A DNA stretch of 64,000 nucleotides from Candidatus Latescibacterota bacterium. Lineage in GTDB: Bacteria > Latescibacterota > UBA2968 > GCA-2709665. The notes below the pieces were generated by a model. The model made no database searches and had not been told where the DNA came from. It saw only the letters and a list, made by a program, of their open reading frames with translations. The position numbers and the translations under genes were made by a program. This document shows positions 48,103-57,512 of the stretch, one piece after another (the first letter of the stretch is position 1; each line of letters opens with the position of its first letter). Location: NCBI GenBank assembly GCA_965222075.1, contig OZ244937.1, positions 1,856,001 to 1,920,000 on the forward strand, given 5' to 3'.

Positions 48103-48864
48103 ATGGACTTTATCCACATCCGTTACGGAGGTAGCATCTTTGCCGCTCTGGCCCGGGTCCGGGAGCGGCACCAGCGCTTTCAGCGCCTCCTTGCGGACCG
48201 GCCAGGCATTCGAGTCGAAACACGTGTCAAAAACCCGCAAGTGGACCTCAAAGCGAGCTATAGGCGCCGGTTTGCCCAGTCGTCTCTGGCCTCTGTGTTG
48301 TTCTGCCTTGCCCTCCTCCTCTACCCCAAGCACGGTCCCACCCTCTCCTTGACCACCGTCCCCACGCCGGTGATCCGGATTCAGAACATCCCCGAAACCA
48401 CCCAGCGGATGCGTCCCCCTCCGCCGCCCCGTCCCAGCGTCCCCCTCGCTGTAGAGGGCGACGAAGTCCCCGAAGACGTCACCATCGAGTCCACGGAACT
48501 CGACCTGGACAGCGTCCTTCCGAACCTGCGCATCACAGGTCCGGTCACATTGGGTCCGCTTGCAGAGGAACCCCTGAATATTGATGAAATTGGAATAACA
48601 CCCAGACCCAGCAAGATTACCATGCCGAATGTAGAATTGGTAAAAAAATACAAACTAAAAAAAGAAACGAAAGTAACCCTTAGAGTGCTGGTCAACAAAA
48701 AAGGTAACGTTGTACACGTAGAGGTTCTCAGCGGTCCCGAGGTTCTCCACAAAGAGGCCATGAAGATTGCGTATCTGGGCCGCTACTTCCCCATAAAGTA
48801 TAAGGGAAGAAAGCGAAAGTTCTGGACAAAGGTAGACATCGATTTTAAACCGGATTCAAACTGA
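48103..48864 (+). CDS. TonB-family energy transducer
   Basis: TM anchor, PPPPPRPSVP linker, and TonB_C motif V.LRVLVNKKG.V..VEVL.G. Confidence 0.8.
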   Translation: MDFIHIRYGGSIFAALARVRERHQRFQRLLADRPGIRVETRVKNPQVDLKASYRRRFAQSSLASVLFCLALLLYPKHGPTLSLTTVPTPVIRIQNIPETTQRMRPPPPPRPSVPLAVEGDEVPEDVTIESTELDLDSVLPNLRITGPVTLGPLAEEPLNIDEIGITPRPSKITMPNVELVKKYKLKKETKVTLRVLVNKKGNVVHVEVLSGPEVLHKEAMKIAYLGRYFPIKYKGRKRKFWTKVDIDFKPDSN

Positions 48865-48967
48865 CTCCGCCCTTCTCCCCGCTCTTCAATATCGGTAATC
48901 ATCCCGTCCCCGCAGCCGCCTGGAAAGCATCCGGACGATAGTGAGCACAACACGCCCTGAATCAGTA

Positions 48968-49660
48968 TCACCGGACCAATCGGTGTCGAAGCGCGAGTTC
49001 CTGGAGCAAAATCCCATACTGCTCCCGAAGTTCCGGACGCAACGCGAAAGCCCGACCGTATGCCACCGCGGCATTCTCAAAAAATCCCTGGGCCGTCAGC
49101 ACCCGCCCCATCAGCAAATAATTGGGCGCATAATCGGGCGCGCGTTCACTCGTCCTGGTCACCATATCCAGGGCCTGCTCAAGCCGCCGGCGCTGTAAGT
49201 AGGTCCACCCCAACCCCTGATAGGCCTGGATCATATTCGGATCTCGTTTCAGGGCCTGGCGATAGTACATTTCTGCAAGATCGAAGTCCCCCTGTATCTG
49301 GTATAAAAACCCAAGAGCCACCACCACCCCCACATCCGTTGAGTCCAGAACCGAAATCCGTCTACACATCCGGATGGCCTGAGCATAGGCGTCTAAATGG
49401 ATGGATGCGCTGGCCAGAAGGCGCAGTGCCTGGACGTGTGACGAGTCTCGACCGACAAGCTCATGGAGCTCCTCAGCCGCTGCCGCATAATCGCCCGCCT
49501 GCATGGCCTGAATGGGTCCGTACAGTTCCGGAGAAACCTCTACTGAAATCGAATCGCTCTGAAATCCGGGGGTGAGATCCCCTGCCTCCTCAGCAGCAGC
49601 CGGCACCGTGCAGACCGCGGCCCACAATCCTGCCACGGCAAGCACACCTCTCAAGCCCAT
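48968..49660 (-). CDS. Exported TPR protein
   Basis: Signal peptide; TPRs (LG..Y...G.F..A..YY.QAL..DP). Confidence 0.82.
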   Translation of the reverse strand: MGLRGVLAVAGLWAAVCTVPAAAEEAGDLTPGFQSDSISVEVSPELYGPIQAMQAGDYAAAAEELHELVGRDSSHVQALRLLASASIHLDAYAQAIRMCRRISVLDSTDVGVVVALGFLYQIQGDFDLAEMYYRQALKRDPNMIQAYQGLGWTYLQRRRLEQALDMVTRTSERAPDYAPNYLLMGRVLTAQGFFENAAVAYGRAFALRPELREQYGILLQELALRHRLVR

Positions 49661-49895
49661 CCTGTCCCCTTCTCTACGCACCAAATTGACAATCCTGCCC
49701 ATTTCTCCCTCGATCCCGGTTCTCTCCACGCCCCCTCACGCATCTCGCCTCCCGCGCCTCCGGTGCGGGGGGAAGGGGCTTTTCCGCGCAGATCCCTCCA
49801 GCACCACCGCCCAAAAACGCCCAAAAGGTCCGCAGGACAGGAACGCCTGCTTACACCACAGGGGCAGTTCGCGGGCAGCCCAAGCGTCTGAGCGG

Positions 49896-49928
49896 CCTGC
49901 CTGCAGCGCGGTGCGCCGCGCAGGCAGG
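49896..49928. repeat. CCTGCCTG...CAGGCAGG palindrome
   Basis: CCTGCCTGCAGCGCGGTGCGCCGCGCAGGCAGG, intergenic. Confidence 0.75.
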
Positions 49929-50308
49929 CGCCCTTCTTTTTGGGCCTTTTTCTTGGGCGATCAAGAAAAAGGCCTCGCCGAAGGCATGGGGTGTGGAGGG
50001 GTTGTGGATGACGGAGACCGCAAGGTTATTTTCCAGGCAACTTCTAAGACCGAAGCACCGCATGGATCCGTTCGATCAGGGGCACTTCTTCGGGTATTTC
50101 CACAATAACCTGAATAACAGGCCGGTTGCGCCAGAGCCTCAAAACGAGTTCCCAGTCCACATCCAGCCTCTGGCACGCCAGCCGCGCCATCAACAGTGTG
50201 CCTATCAGTATCTTGATCATAACTCCCAAATCATACAAAAAAAGGCCCCTTTGAGTCAAGCCTCTTGAGAAGCGGGCACCGGGAACACCACTCCCGGGTC
50301 CGCAATCC

Positions 50309-51391
50309 TCAATTGTTCTCCGCTCCCTGCTCAACCCAGAGCCGGAACCGCTGGATCTCAGCCGGAGAGAAATAGGGCCCTCCCTGAGGCATTCGGTCCC
50401 CTGTGATCCCGGTGCTGCCTTCCAGTTTACGGATCAGATAGCTTGTATTGGGATCTTTCGGTTTCACCCGCTTGAGCGTCCCCTGCTGCTGGCTTGGCCG
50501 ATCCACCAGATCTGCCCAGGCCTTGCCCTGCTCCAGGACCAGGCGCCCGCCGGGGGGAAACCGGTCGCTGGTTGCGTGGCAGCCCACAAACGCGCAGCTG
50601 GCGTCAAACAACGGCTGTATCTGTAAGGCAAATGAGATCGTGGGCGTAAACCGGAAGGTCGCCCGGTCCCCTTGCCCTTCAACAACCCCGTCTCCGGTCA
50701 GGTCCCTCACGCCGCGCACCACCAGGGTATAGGACACCCCCGGTTCCTGGGGCGATGTGGTCAGCCGCACCCGGTCGGGCGCCTCTAACCGGGCATCCAC
50801 GACCAGCAGCTCCCCACCGCCGGTAATTTGATAGTTCCCCACAGACGCGGCAGAGGCCCTGTCCATCTCTTCACTGAAAGTCACCTCCACGCCCACGCTG
50901 TCCAGCGAAACCGCAGCCAGCACCGACGGCGGTACAGGGGGCGCCAACGAGCGGATCGCCCCTTCCCGAATCCATGCCTTGATCGCCCCGATCTGCGCAG
51001 GGGAAAGCGGCGGCCGACCCAGAGGCATTGGATCGCCGAACACCGCCCGCCCGGTTGGATCTTTTCCTTCCAGTTTCCAGATAAGCAGGCTGTTCTGGGA
51101 GTTCCCCGGAATCACATGGGGGCCGTTCTTGCTCGCCGTCGGATCCAGAAGTTCAGCATAGGACACATCCGCCGTGAGCACCAGCCTCGACTGCCGCTCC
51201 CCGGTACCCCCCAATTCGTGGCACCCCCCCGTACAGGACCGGTCAAAAACCCGTTGAACATCCCGGTCGTAAAATGCCGTCGCGCCCGGAGGCGACTGCA
51301 CGGTGGGCGCCTCGGTAAACAATACCGGGTCCCGGGGAGAGCTGCACCCCAGCATAAGAACGCAGATGGCGCAACACAGGAACCGATACAT
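50309..51391 (-). CDS. Lipoprotein with two c-type heme domains (atypical CX3CH, CX4CH) and an Ig-like domain
   Basis: Lipobox MLGC; CTGGCH...DPMP; CAFVGCH...DRMP; central VEVTFSEEMD..SA....NY.I. Confidence 0.8.
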   Translation of the reverse strand: MYRFLCCAICVLMLGCSSPRDPVLFTEAPTVQSPPGATAFYDRDVQRVFDRSCTGGCHELGGTGERQSRLVLTADVSYAELLDPTASKNGPHVIPGNSQNSLLIWKLEGKDPTGRAVFGDPMPLGRPPLSPAQIGAIKAWIREGAIRSLAPPVPPSVLAAVSLDSVGVEVTFSEEMDRASAASVGNYQITGGGELLVVDARLEAPDRVRLTTSPQEPGVSYTLVVRGVRDLTGDGVVEGQGDRATFRFTPTISFALQIQPLFDASCAFVGCHATSDRFPPGGRLVLEQGKAWADLVDRPSQQQGTLKRVKPKDPNTSYLIRKLEGSTGITGDRMPQGGPYFSPAEIQRFRLWVEQGAENN

Positions 51392-51399
51392 CTTTTAAC

Positions 51400-52590
51400 C
51401 TACCGGTGACAGTAGCCACAGAAACCCGCGCCGCTCGTCTGCGTATTCACATGACAGGCATAACAGAGAGAATGGGGATTGGCGTGGAAATCCCCCGTTC
51501 CGATCTGATCGGCAAACCGCCTTGGGTGGGTCCTGGGGTCGGTGCCCGCCACGCCGTCAAAATCTACGTGACACTGCATACAACTCGGGTCTTCCCCCTC
51601 CACATCGTGACAGGCCACACACCGCTCAATATCTCGACGCGCCCACGCTGCGTGCCGTCCCCCACCCGATCCCATCCCGGCCACCACCCAGGGGGTAGGA
51701 TCGCCCGGCAGGGGTCCGTGCCAGACCGGTTTGAACCGCGCTTCGTCTCCTTCAATCCGGTGACAGTCAACGCAGAACGATGTTGCATGACAGGTGGCGC
51801 ACTGCCGTTCTTTCCCAACAGCGTCCAGCGAATGCGTAAACCGGTAATTCAGTTCATGCTGCCGCTGGAGGATCTGTCCCACCCGCCCCCGGTCCTGCGG
51901 TGCCCCGGAAGCCATCCGTTCCGCAGGCCCCTCCAGCGCCACCGTCAAAGCCCCGGCATGGCAGTCTTCGCACCAGGTATCCTGGTGGCACTTGGCGCAG
52001 GGCATGTCGGCTGCGCGAGAATGTTGCTTATGCTCGTGAATCCAGTCGGCCCGGTGGTTCTGGGGACGAATGATCTCCACTTTGGGGTGGCAGGTATCGC
52101 AATCGTAGGGGGCCTCCGCATCCTGATGGCAGGTCAGACACTCCTCCATCACCGGCCAGTTCACCCGGCTGGCATAGTCGGTCCCGGTCATATTCCGGTG
52201 GCAGTCCTGGCAGACCATCTCCAGCTTGTCTAAGTGAAACTGGTGCGGGAAATCGATCACCCGTTCCGGATTCTCAAACGCCACCGGGTGCGCCGGATCC
52301 TGGTGGCACTTCTCGCACTGCGCCGGGTCCTCCACCTCCTCCTTGTGGCAGTCGGCGCAGGTCTCCTCCACAGGCAGAATATTGTCCGAGGCCGCCTTGC
52401 TGGTGGGCGCCTTGACGTGGCAATCGGTGCAAAACAGCCCGATATCCAGCAGGTGGTAGCGGTGGGAAAATTTGATGATCGCGCTCCGGTTCTGTTCGGG
52501 AATCGTAATCGGAATCTCCGCTTCGCCGGCCCATCCCCACCCTGAAACCAGCGCAAAAGCCGCTCCCACCCCCCACAGCAGAGCCCTCAT
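51400..52590 (-). CDS. Periplasmic multiheme cytochrome c (14 CxxCH)
   Basis: Signal peptide; c3/c7-type FSHRYH and FPHQFH; 14 CxxCH motifs counted by eye. Confidence 0.93.
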   Translation of the reverse strand: MRALLWGVGAAFALVSGWGWAGEAEIPITIPEQNRSAIIKFSHRYHLLDIGLFCTDCHVKAPTSKAASDNILPVEETCADCHKEEVEDPAQCEKCHQDPAHPVAFENPERVIDFPHQFHLDKLEMVCQDCHRNMTGTDYASRVNWPVMEECLTCHQDAEAPYDCDTCHPKVEIIRPQNHRADWIHEHKQHSRAADMPCAKCHQDTWCEDCHAGALTVALEGPAERMASGAPQDRGRVGQILQRQHELNYRFTHSLDAVGKERQCATCHATSFCVDCHRIEGDEARFKPVWHGPLPGDPTPWVVAGMGSGGGRHAAWARRDIERCVACHDVEGEDPSCMQCHVDFDGVAGTDPRTHPRRFADQIGTGDFHANPHSLCYACHVNTQTSGAGFCGYCHR

Positions 52591-53912
52591 GGCGCCCCCC
52601 TCCCCGGTCCTGGCCCGATGAAAAACCACGTGGTCGCCCGAAAGAAAAACCGGAGGTCGTGCGACATGCCAGGAAAGGGGTTTGCCCTGGTCGCCAGCTT
52701 CAGGTCCTGCATCAGATTCTGTCCCTGCAGGCTCAACGACAGGTGCCGGCCTGGCCGGTAGGTGACCCCCAGCGTAGAGGTCACCACCGTACTGCGCGCC
52801 CCCTCCCCCTCATAGAGCCGGAACCTGGACAGGTGGAAACCGCCGTCCAACCAGACCTTCCGGTTCACCCGATAGCGCAGGCTTGCCGTTAGCCCGTCGG
52901 CAACGCCCCCATATCCCCTCCGCCGGATGTAGCCGGCATAGCCGTTCAACACATTGGCGCCCAGGTTGACCCGGTAGCCGTCATCCCCCTCGTAATCTAC
53001 CTTTGAAACCTCCCCGAAAAGGCTTAAGAAACGGTTAAACCGGTAATTTCCCCGGAATGACGCCTCCCGGTTGCTGCTGTGGGTAAAAAGGCTGAAAATG
53101 CTGTTTCGATCCACATAGGGTTTCCTGTAGAGCACCTCCCCCGAAAGGGTGAACCCGTGATAATAGTACCGCAACACCCCTTCCACCCGGCGCGTCTGCA
53201 GCTGGCCGGGCGTGCTCAAATCCCACCGCAGATACAAGCTGAGCAGCCGCCCCAGCCTTCGCTGCAGGTCAAACCCCACCATCTGCTGCTCCACCTCCCC
53301 GGCCTTAATCTCCAGGCTGCCAAGCCCCGCAGCGATCCGGCTGCTGCTGAGGTAGGGCCTGGCCTGACGGCTGCGCCGGTAGAAACTGACCCCAAGGGTG
53401 GTCTCCAGCAGCCGGGACGACATCAGGTGGGCCCCAAACATATGGCCCTCGCCCCACCCGCTCACTCCCTCCCGATCCACCGGGACCAGCGTCCCGACAT
53501 AGGCATCCAGCCGGCCCAGTCCTCCCAGGTCCACATCGGCGCGAATCCCGTCGATCCTCCCCACCCCCACACCGGCCAGCACCAGTTGCCGTCCGCCGGT
53601 GAGCACAAACCGGTCCTCACCCTCTTCCCACCGGAAATATCCGTGATAAAACCGATACTGCGGGTCGTTCCCGGCCCTGTGGCGCAGATCCAGAGAAGCG
53701 CGCAGGTAGGCCTGGAACGACAGCTCCGAACGCCCCAGTCCCATCACCCGAAACCGGGCCGTCTGATAGACCCGGAGGTCCCCACGGCTCACCGTATCCG
53801 GATACGACCGCTCAAAGGTATAAACCGCTGTGGTAAACCGCCCCGTAACCCCGGTTCCGCCGGCGGATCCTGCAAAGAGAAACAGGGCGGTTATCCCGTA
53901 TACCCAGCGCAT
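52587..53912 (-). CDS. Outer-membrane beta-barrel porin (porin-cytochrome type)
   Basis: Signal peptide, GRQ...G..RIDG, many amphipathic strands; its stop overlaps the cytochrome ATG. Confidence 0.78.
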   Translation of the reverse strand: MRWVYGITALFLFAGSAGGTGVTGRFTTAVYTFERSYPDTVSRGDLRVYQTARFRVMGLGRSELSFQAYLRASLDLRHRAGNDPQYRFYHGYFRWEEGEDRFVLTGGRQLVLAGVGVGRIDGIRADVDLGGLGRLDAYVGTLVPVDREGVSGWGEGHMFGAHLMSSRLLETTLGVSFYRRSRQARPYLSSSRIAAGLGSLEIKAGEVEQQMVGFDLQRRLGRLLSLYLRWDLSTPGQLQTRRVEGVLRYYYHGFTLSGEVLYRKPYVDRNSIFSLFTHSSNREASFRGNYRFNRFLSLFGEVSKVDYEGDDGYRVNLGANVLNGYAGYIRRRGYGGVADGLTASLRYRVNRKVWLDGGFHLSRFRLYEGEGARSTVVTSTLGVTYRPGRHLSLSLQGQNLMQDLKLATRANPFPGMSHDLRFFFRATTWFFIGPGPGRGAP

Positions 53913-53943
53913 CGCCCCCCTCCTCCCATCGGTGTTCCCCAAT

Positions 53944-54117
53944 AAAAAAACGGCCTTTAAAACCGAAGACCGATTTGACCGGCTAAGATCGGCCAGGGCC
54001 ATCCAAAACAAAGGCCCGGCCTGCTCAACCGCCTGTTATAGACATCAACCCACCTGACGTCGTGGGAAGGTCGTCAAGTGGGGCCATAACGGAGGTGGGG
54101 GAACAAGCAGACCGGGC
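53944..54117 (-). promoter_or_regulatory. Structured 5' leader / attenuator candidate
   Basis: A 104-nt rod (54014-54117) overlaps a GGCCTTT...AAAGGCC stem that is followed by T7. Confidence 0.5.
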
Positions 54118-54256
54118 AACCTCCATCTTTCCAAATACTTATTTAAAAATAACAAACCGAAGAGAAAAGCGCAACCCTCACCTCCTCCGGAGCATCTCCC
54201 TCCTCCCGGTCTATGCTCCCAATTTCGGGCCAGCGCTTCTTCTCCGCCGGCCCGGG

Positions 54257-55007
54257 TCAGGCCGACTTTCCAAACTGCTGGGCAAAGTTCACAAAATCCG
54301 GAAAATCCACAGCCCCATTGCCGTTCAGATCGTACTTCGGATCAAACCCGGCATCTTCGCTGCCTTTTCCAAAGTTGGTCGCAAACGCGACAAAATCGGT
54401 AAAATCCACCTTCCCGTCCCCGTTAAAATCGCCGGTCAGGCCGGCGCTGACATCCTCCTCAACCCTCAGCATATTCACAACCGAAATCGGCAGTGGGCTC
54501 CCAGCGTTGACAACAGGGCGGCGTAGGTCCCCAGTGGAACCTCCTGAATCAGCCGCAGCGTATCCCCCTCCACGGAATACCCCAGCGTATCCCGGATGAC
54601 AATCATCGTATCCGGCGTATCCAGCTCCAGAATCAGGCTGGTCTCCTCCAGCCGGTAGGTCCCCTCGTTCTGATTCTTAACGACAAAAACGGTATCTATT
54701 TTTATGGGGGCCCCCAAACCGGTCACGGAGCCCTTGGCCTTTGAGGATATCGTGTAATCTGCATCAAACATCTCATCCTCATCCAGTTCCAGCGTTCCGG
54801 ACACCGACCCGCTGACCGACAGCGAGTCAAGCCAATCGGCATCAGCGCGGGGACCACGTAGATCTGCAGGGCAGTACTGTCCGCTTTCCAGGTCCCCACC
54901 GGATTTCCCCCTTTGGCCTCCGGTTTTGCATCCAGCATCTGTGCGCCGGCCCCGGTAGACCAGAAGGCCAGCAGCCCGCCCAGCAGCACCAAAGTGATCT
55001 TGTGCAT
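54257..55007 (-). pseudogene. Secreted lipocalin-like protein with C-terminal dockerin pair, split by two frameshifts
   Basis: MHKITLVLLGG..AGA-Q signal and NPVGTW; middle frame 54475-54804; dockerin frame 54257-54478. Confidence 0.72.
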
Positions 55008-55182
55008 CGAAATTCCTTTCTCAACCCACCGATTTTGATATTGACAGCCTGTCAGGCTATAATATATAAAAATATGAACCATTAAGCAAAAAAATATAAT
55101 TCCCGAGGGGGGCACAGTCTGTCCAGGTCGGAAAACCGGACAGAAACACCGCGCACCCCTCCCAGGAATTTTAAAACAGCTT

Positions 55183-56241
55183 CTAAGAATCCGGCTCAGC
55201 CTGGCCCCGAAATTCAGGTTTCTCCAGGCCGTAGGCGTTGTTCCCGATAGACGTCTTTCCGTCCGATCGCACGGACATGCCGTCGGGCTTCTGATAGAAC
55301 CAGTTGTTGTGAATATCTGCCTTCTCCTCAGGAACACCGCGAATAACAACCGCGGCCCTGGGACACCGGAACGTATTGTGATGCACCACCATCCAGGTAC
55401 CCGCGATCGTCGTCCCGTCCCTCCGGTCGCGCCCCCCGTGCATATCAAAACAGTGGCTCACCGAATGCCCGATCTCGATATTGTGTCTGGCCTCGTACCC
55501 GCTGCCCGGACTTCCGGTGCCCGCAATCGAGTGCCGATTGTAATTGAACAGATTGTACTCGATCAGTGAAAAGGCCGTGTTGTGGCTCACCCCGTAGCCC
55601 AGACCGTTGTACTGGTTGTGGTGGATAAAGTTGTGGTGGATGTGATGCCCGTCTCCCGCATCCAGCCGGACCGCGGCGTGGCTCCACCCCCCCAGTTCGC
55701 AGTTGTCCACCTCCAGCTCCGGATGCTTCATACTGATCCCGTCGGACGTGGGAAACTTGTAGTAGTATTCATGTCCCCGTCCCTTCGCAAACGACCTCCG
55801 GTGGTGTTCGAAACACGGCTTCGGATTCGGCCCGCCGATGCGCAGCCCGGTGATGCGCACGTTGGGACCCATCACGCGAATCAACGGGCTTGTCTTGAAG
55901 GTATCGCTGAAGATCATCCCGCCTCTGGCCCCATCCTGACCCCGGTTGCTCGCCAGCGTAACCCCCTCGGGCACCTCCAGCACGAGCTGTTCGATATACA
56001 CCCGCTCGGTGCAATCAATCTCCGCCTTCCCGTCCACATAGACCACATCTCCGGCCCCTGCGCCTTCCAGCGCCCCCAGCAATTCGTCCAGGGTGGATAC
56101 GGATCCCGAAGTTGGTGCAACCGGATTCGCATACCCCTTCCCGCCACCGATCGCACCCTGTCCACCGGGCTGCGCCCCACAGGTCTCCCCACCGACCTCG
56201 ACCCAGGTCTGGCCCAGCGCAGGCATCCTGGCATTGAACAT
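55183..56241 (-). CDS. Right-handed parallel beta-helix (pectin-lyase-fold) protein
   Basis: Repeats EVDNCEL, HIHHNFIHHN, LIEYNLFNYNRH and HHNTF. Confidence 0.75.
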   Translation of the reverse strand: MFNARMPALGQTWVEVGGETCGAQPGGQGAIGGGKGYANPVAPTSGSVSTLDELLGALEGAGAGDVVYVDGKAEIDCTERVYIEQLVLEVPEGVTLASNRGQDGARGGMIFSDTFKTSPLIRVMGPNVRITGLRIGGPNPKPCFEHHRRSFAKGRGHEYYYKFPTSDGISMKHPELEVDNCELGGWSHAAVRLDAGDGHHIHHNFIHHNQYNGLGYGVSHNTAFSLIEYNLFNYNRHSIAGTGSPGSGYEARHNIEIGHSVSHCFDMHGGRDRRDGTTIAGTWMVVHHNTFRCPRAAVVIRGVPEEKADIHNNWFYQKPDGMSVRSDGKTSIGNNAYGLEKPEFRGQAEPDS

Positions 56242-56285
56242 TTTCACATCCTCCTTATTTCGATGGTTTTTATTTTCCCCGTCCC

Positions 56286-57116
56286 TCACAGCCATCTCAT
56301 CTCAAACGCATCGTCCCCCTTTCCGTAGATCAGCTTGCCGTATGCTTCCCAGGCCTCAATTTGCTGCGCATCGGGCCTGCTGCCATCCTCCAGCATGCCC
56401 AGATTCTCCCTCAGATGCGCCATCGTCGCCGGAGCCGTCAGCGCTGCGTGAACGGCCGGATAGCGCAGCACATACCGATAACAATCCGCGGCTGTTGGAA
56501 CCCGACCCGTCCAGTCCCGATGCCCCTTCAGCAGAGACCCCCAGCGCGTGCACGTAAACGCCACCACCGGAACCCCTGCCGCTTCCGCCGCCGGAAGCAC
56601 CTTCTCCTCTGCTCCCCTGTGCGCCATGTTGTAGCGGTGCATCAGCACCTCCACCCGCCCGCTCTCGATCAACTCGACCGCCAGCGCCCGGTTGTGCGCC
56701 GTCGCCCCCACGTACCGAACCTTCCCCGCCTCCTTCCATCTCCAGATCTCGTCGATCGCCCCCCCCTTGCCCAGGACCTCGTCCATATTGTCCGACGGTG
56801 ACACATATTCCGCAAAAAACAGATCGATCACATCCACGCCCAGCCGGCTGCGCACCCGATCCAGATACGCCCGCATCCGGGCCGGATCGCGAGACTCGGT
56901 CCCCGTGGCCACCACCACCGTCTCCCGTTTCCCCCTCAGCAGCCGCTCCAGGCCCGCAAGCATCCCCGAAAAGGAAAAACTGTAAAAAAAATAACCATTC
57001 ACCCCTGCCCTGTACGCCGCCTCCACAAACCGGCTCTCCGTATCCGGATTTCCGGCCAGCCCCAGCGGCCCCACATCCTCTCCCTGCATCGTCTTCAGAC
57101 GAATGGGACGACCCAT
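56286..57116 (-). CDS. Aldo/keto reductase family
   Basis: RLGVDVIDLF, GKVRYVGATAH and MHRYN. Confidence 0.85.
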   Translation of the reverse strand: MGRPIRLKTMQGEDVGPLGLAGNPDTESRFVEAAYRAGVNGYFFYSFSFSGMLAGLERLLRGKRETVVVATGTESRDPARMRAYLDRVRSRLGVDVIDLFFAEYVSPSDNMDEVLGKGGAIDEIWRWKEAGKVRYVGATAHNRALAVELIESGRVEVLMHRYNMAHRGAEEKVLPAAEAAGVPVVAFTCTRWGSLLKGHRDWTGRVPTAADCYRYVLRYPAVHAALTAPATMAHLRENLGMLEDGSRPDAQQIEAWEAYGKLIYGKGDDAFEMRWL

Positions 57117-57165
57117 AAGCCCCTCTCCTGTAAGCCGCCCCGCCTCACGCGACGCGCCTGTCCAC

Positions 57166-57507
57166 TCAGCTGGCCTCCAGATCGTAAACCTGCTCCATCA
57201 TCGCCCACCACTCGTCTTCGCCCGCCTCCGGGACCTTCTCCTGGTAGGTACGCATCAGATCGTCCCACGCTTTGCATCCGGGGTGCTGCTCCAGATATCG
57301 TGGAAAGTCCCGCCGGGCAACAAAATCGTCGTCCGATTCCATATACATAAACAGCCGTCTCCCCAGCAGGAAAATCTTCATCGTGGTGATCCCGACCTCC
57401 CGCAGCGCCGCTTCAACCTCGGGCCACACATTCCGGTGGTATTCCTTATAGCGCTCGATCACCTGGCGATCGTCTTTCAGGTTCAGGGTCAATCCGAATG
57501 CTTTCAT
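57166..57507 (-). CDS. L-rhamnose mutarotase family (DUF718)
   Basis: YKEYHRNVWPEV...L...GI..M.IF....LFMY and W..M..VYDL. Confidence 0.88.
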   Translation of the reverse strand: MKAFGLTLNLKDDRQVIERYKEYHRNVWPEVEAALREVGITTMKIFLLGRRLFMYMESDDDFVARRDFPRYLEQHPGCKAWDDLMRTYQEKVPEAGEDEWWAMMEQVYDLEAS

Positions 57508-57512
57508 ATTGT

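Noticed and set aside
54014-54117. SRP RNA, 6S RNA or cobalamin riboswitch
   Set aside because: It lacks the SRP CAGG..GNRA..AGCA core, is too short for 6S, and the GGGAAGG is on the wrong strand without other B12-box elements.
55041-55063. TTGACA...TATAAT sigma70 promoter on plus
   Set aside because: The spacer is only 11 bp and there is no plus-strand gene downstream.
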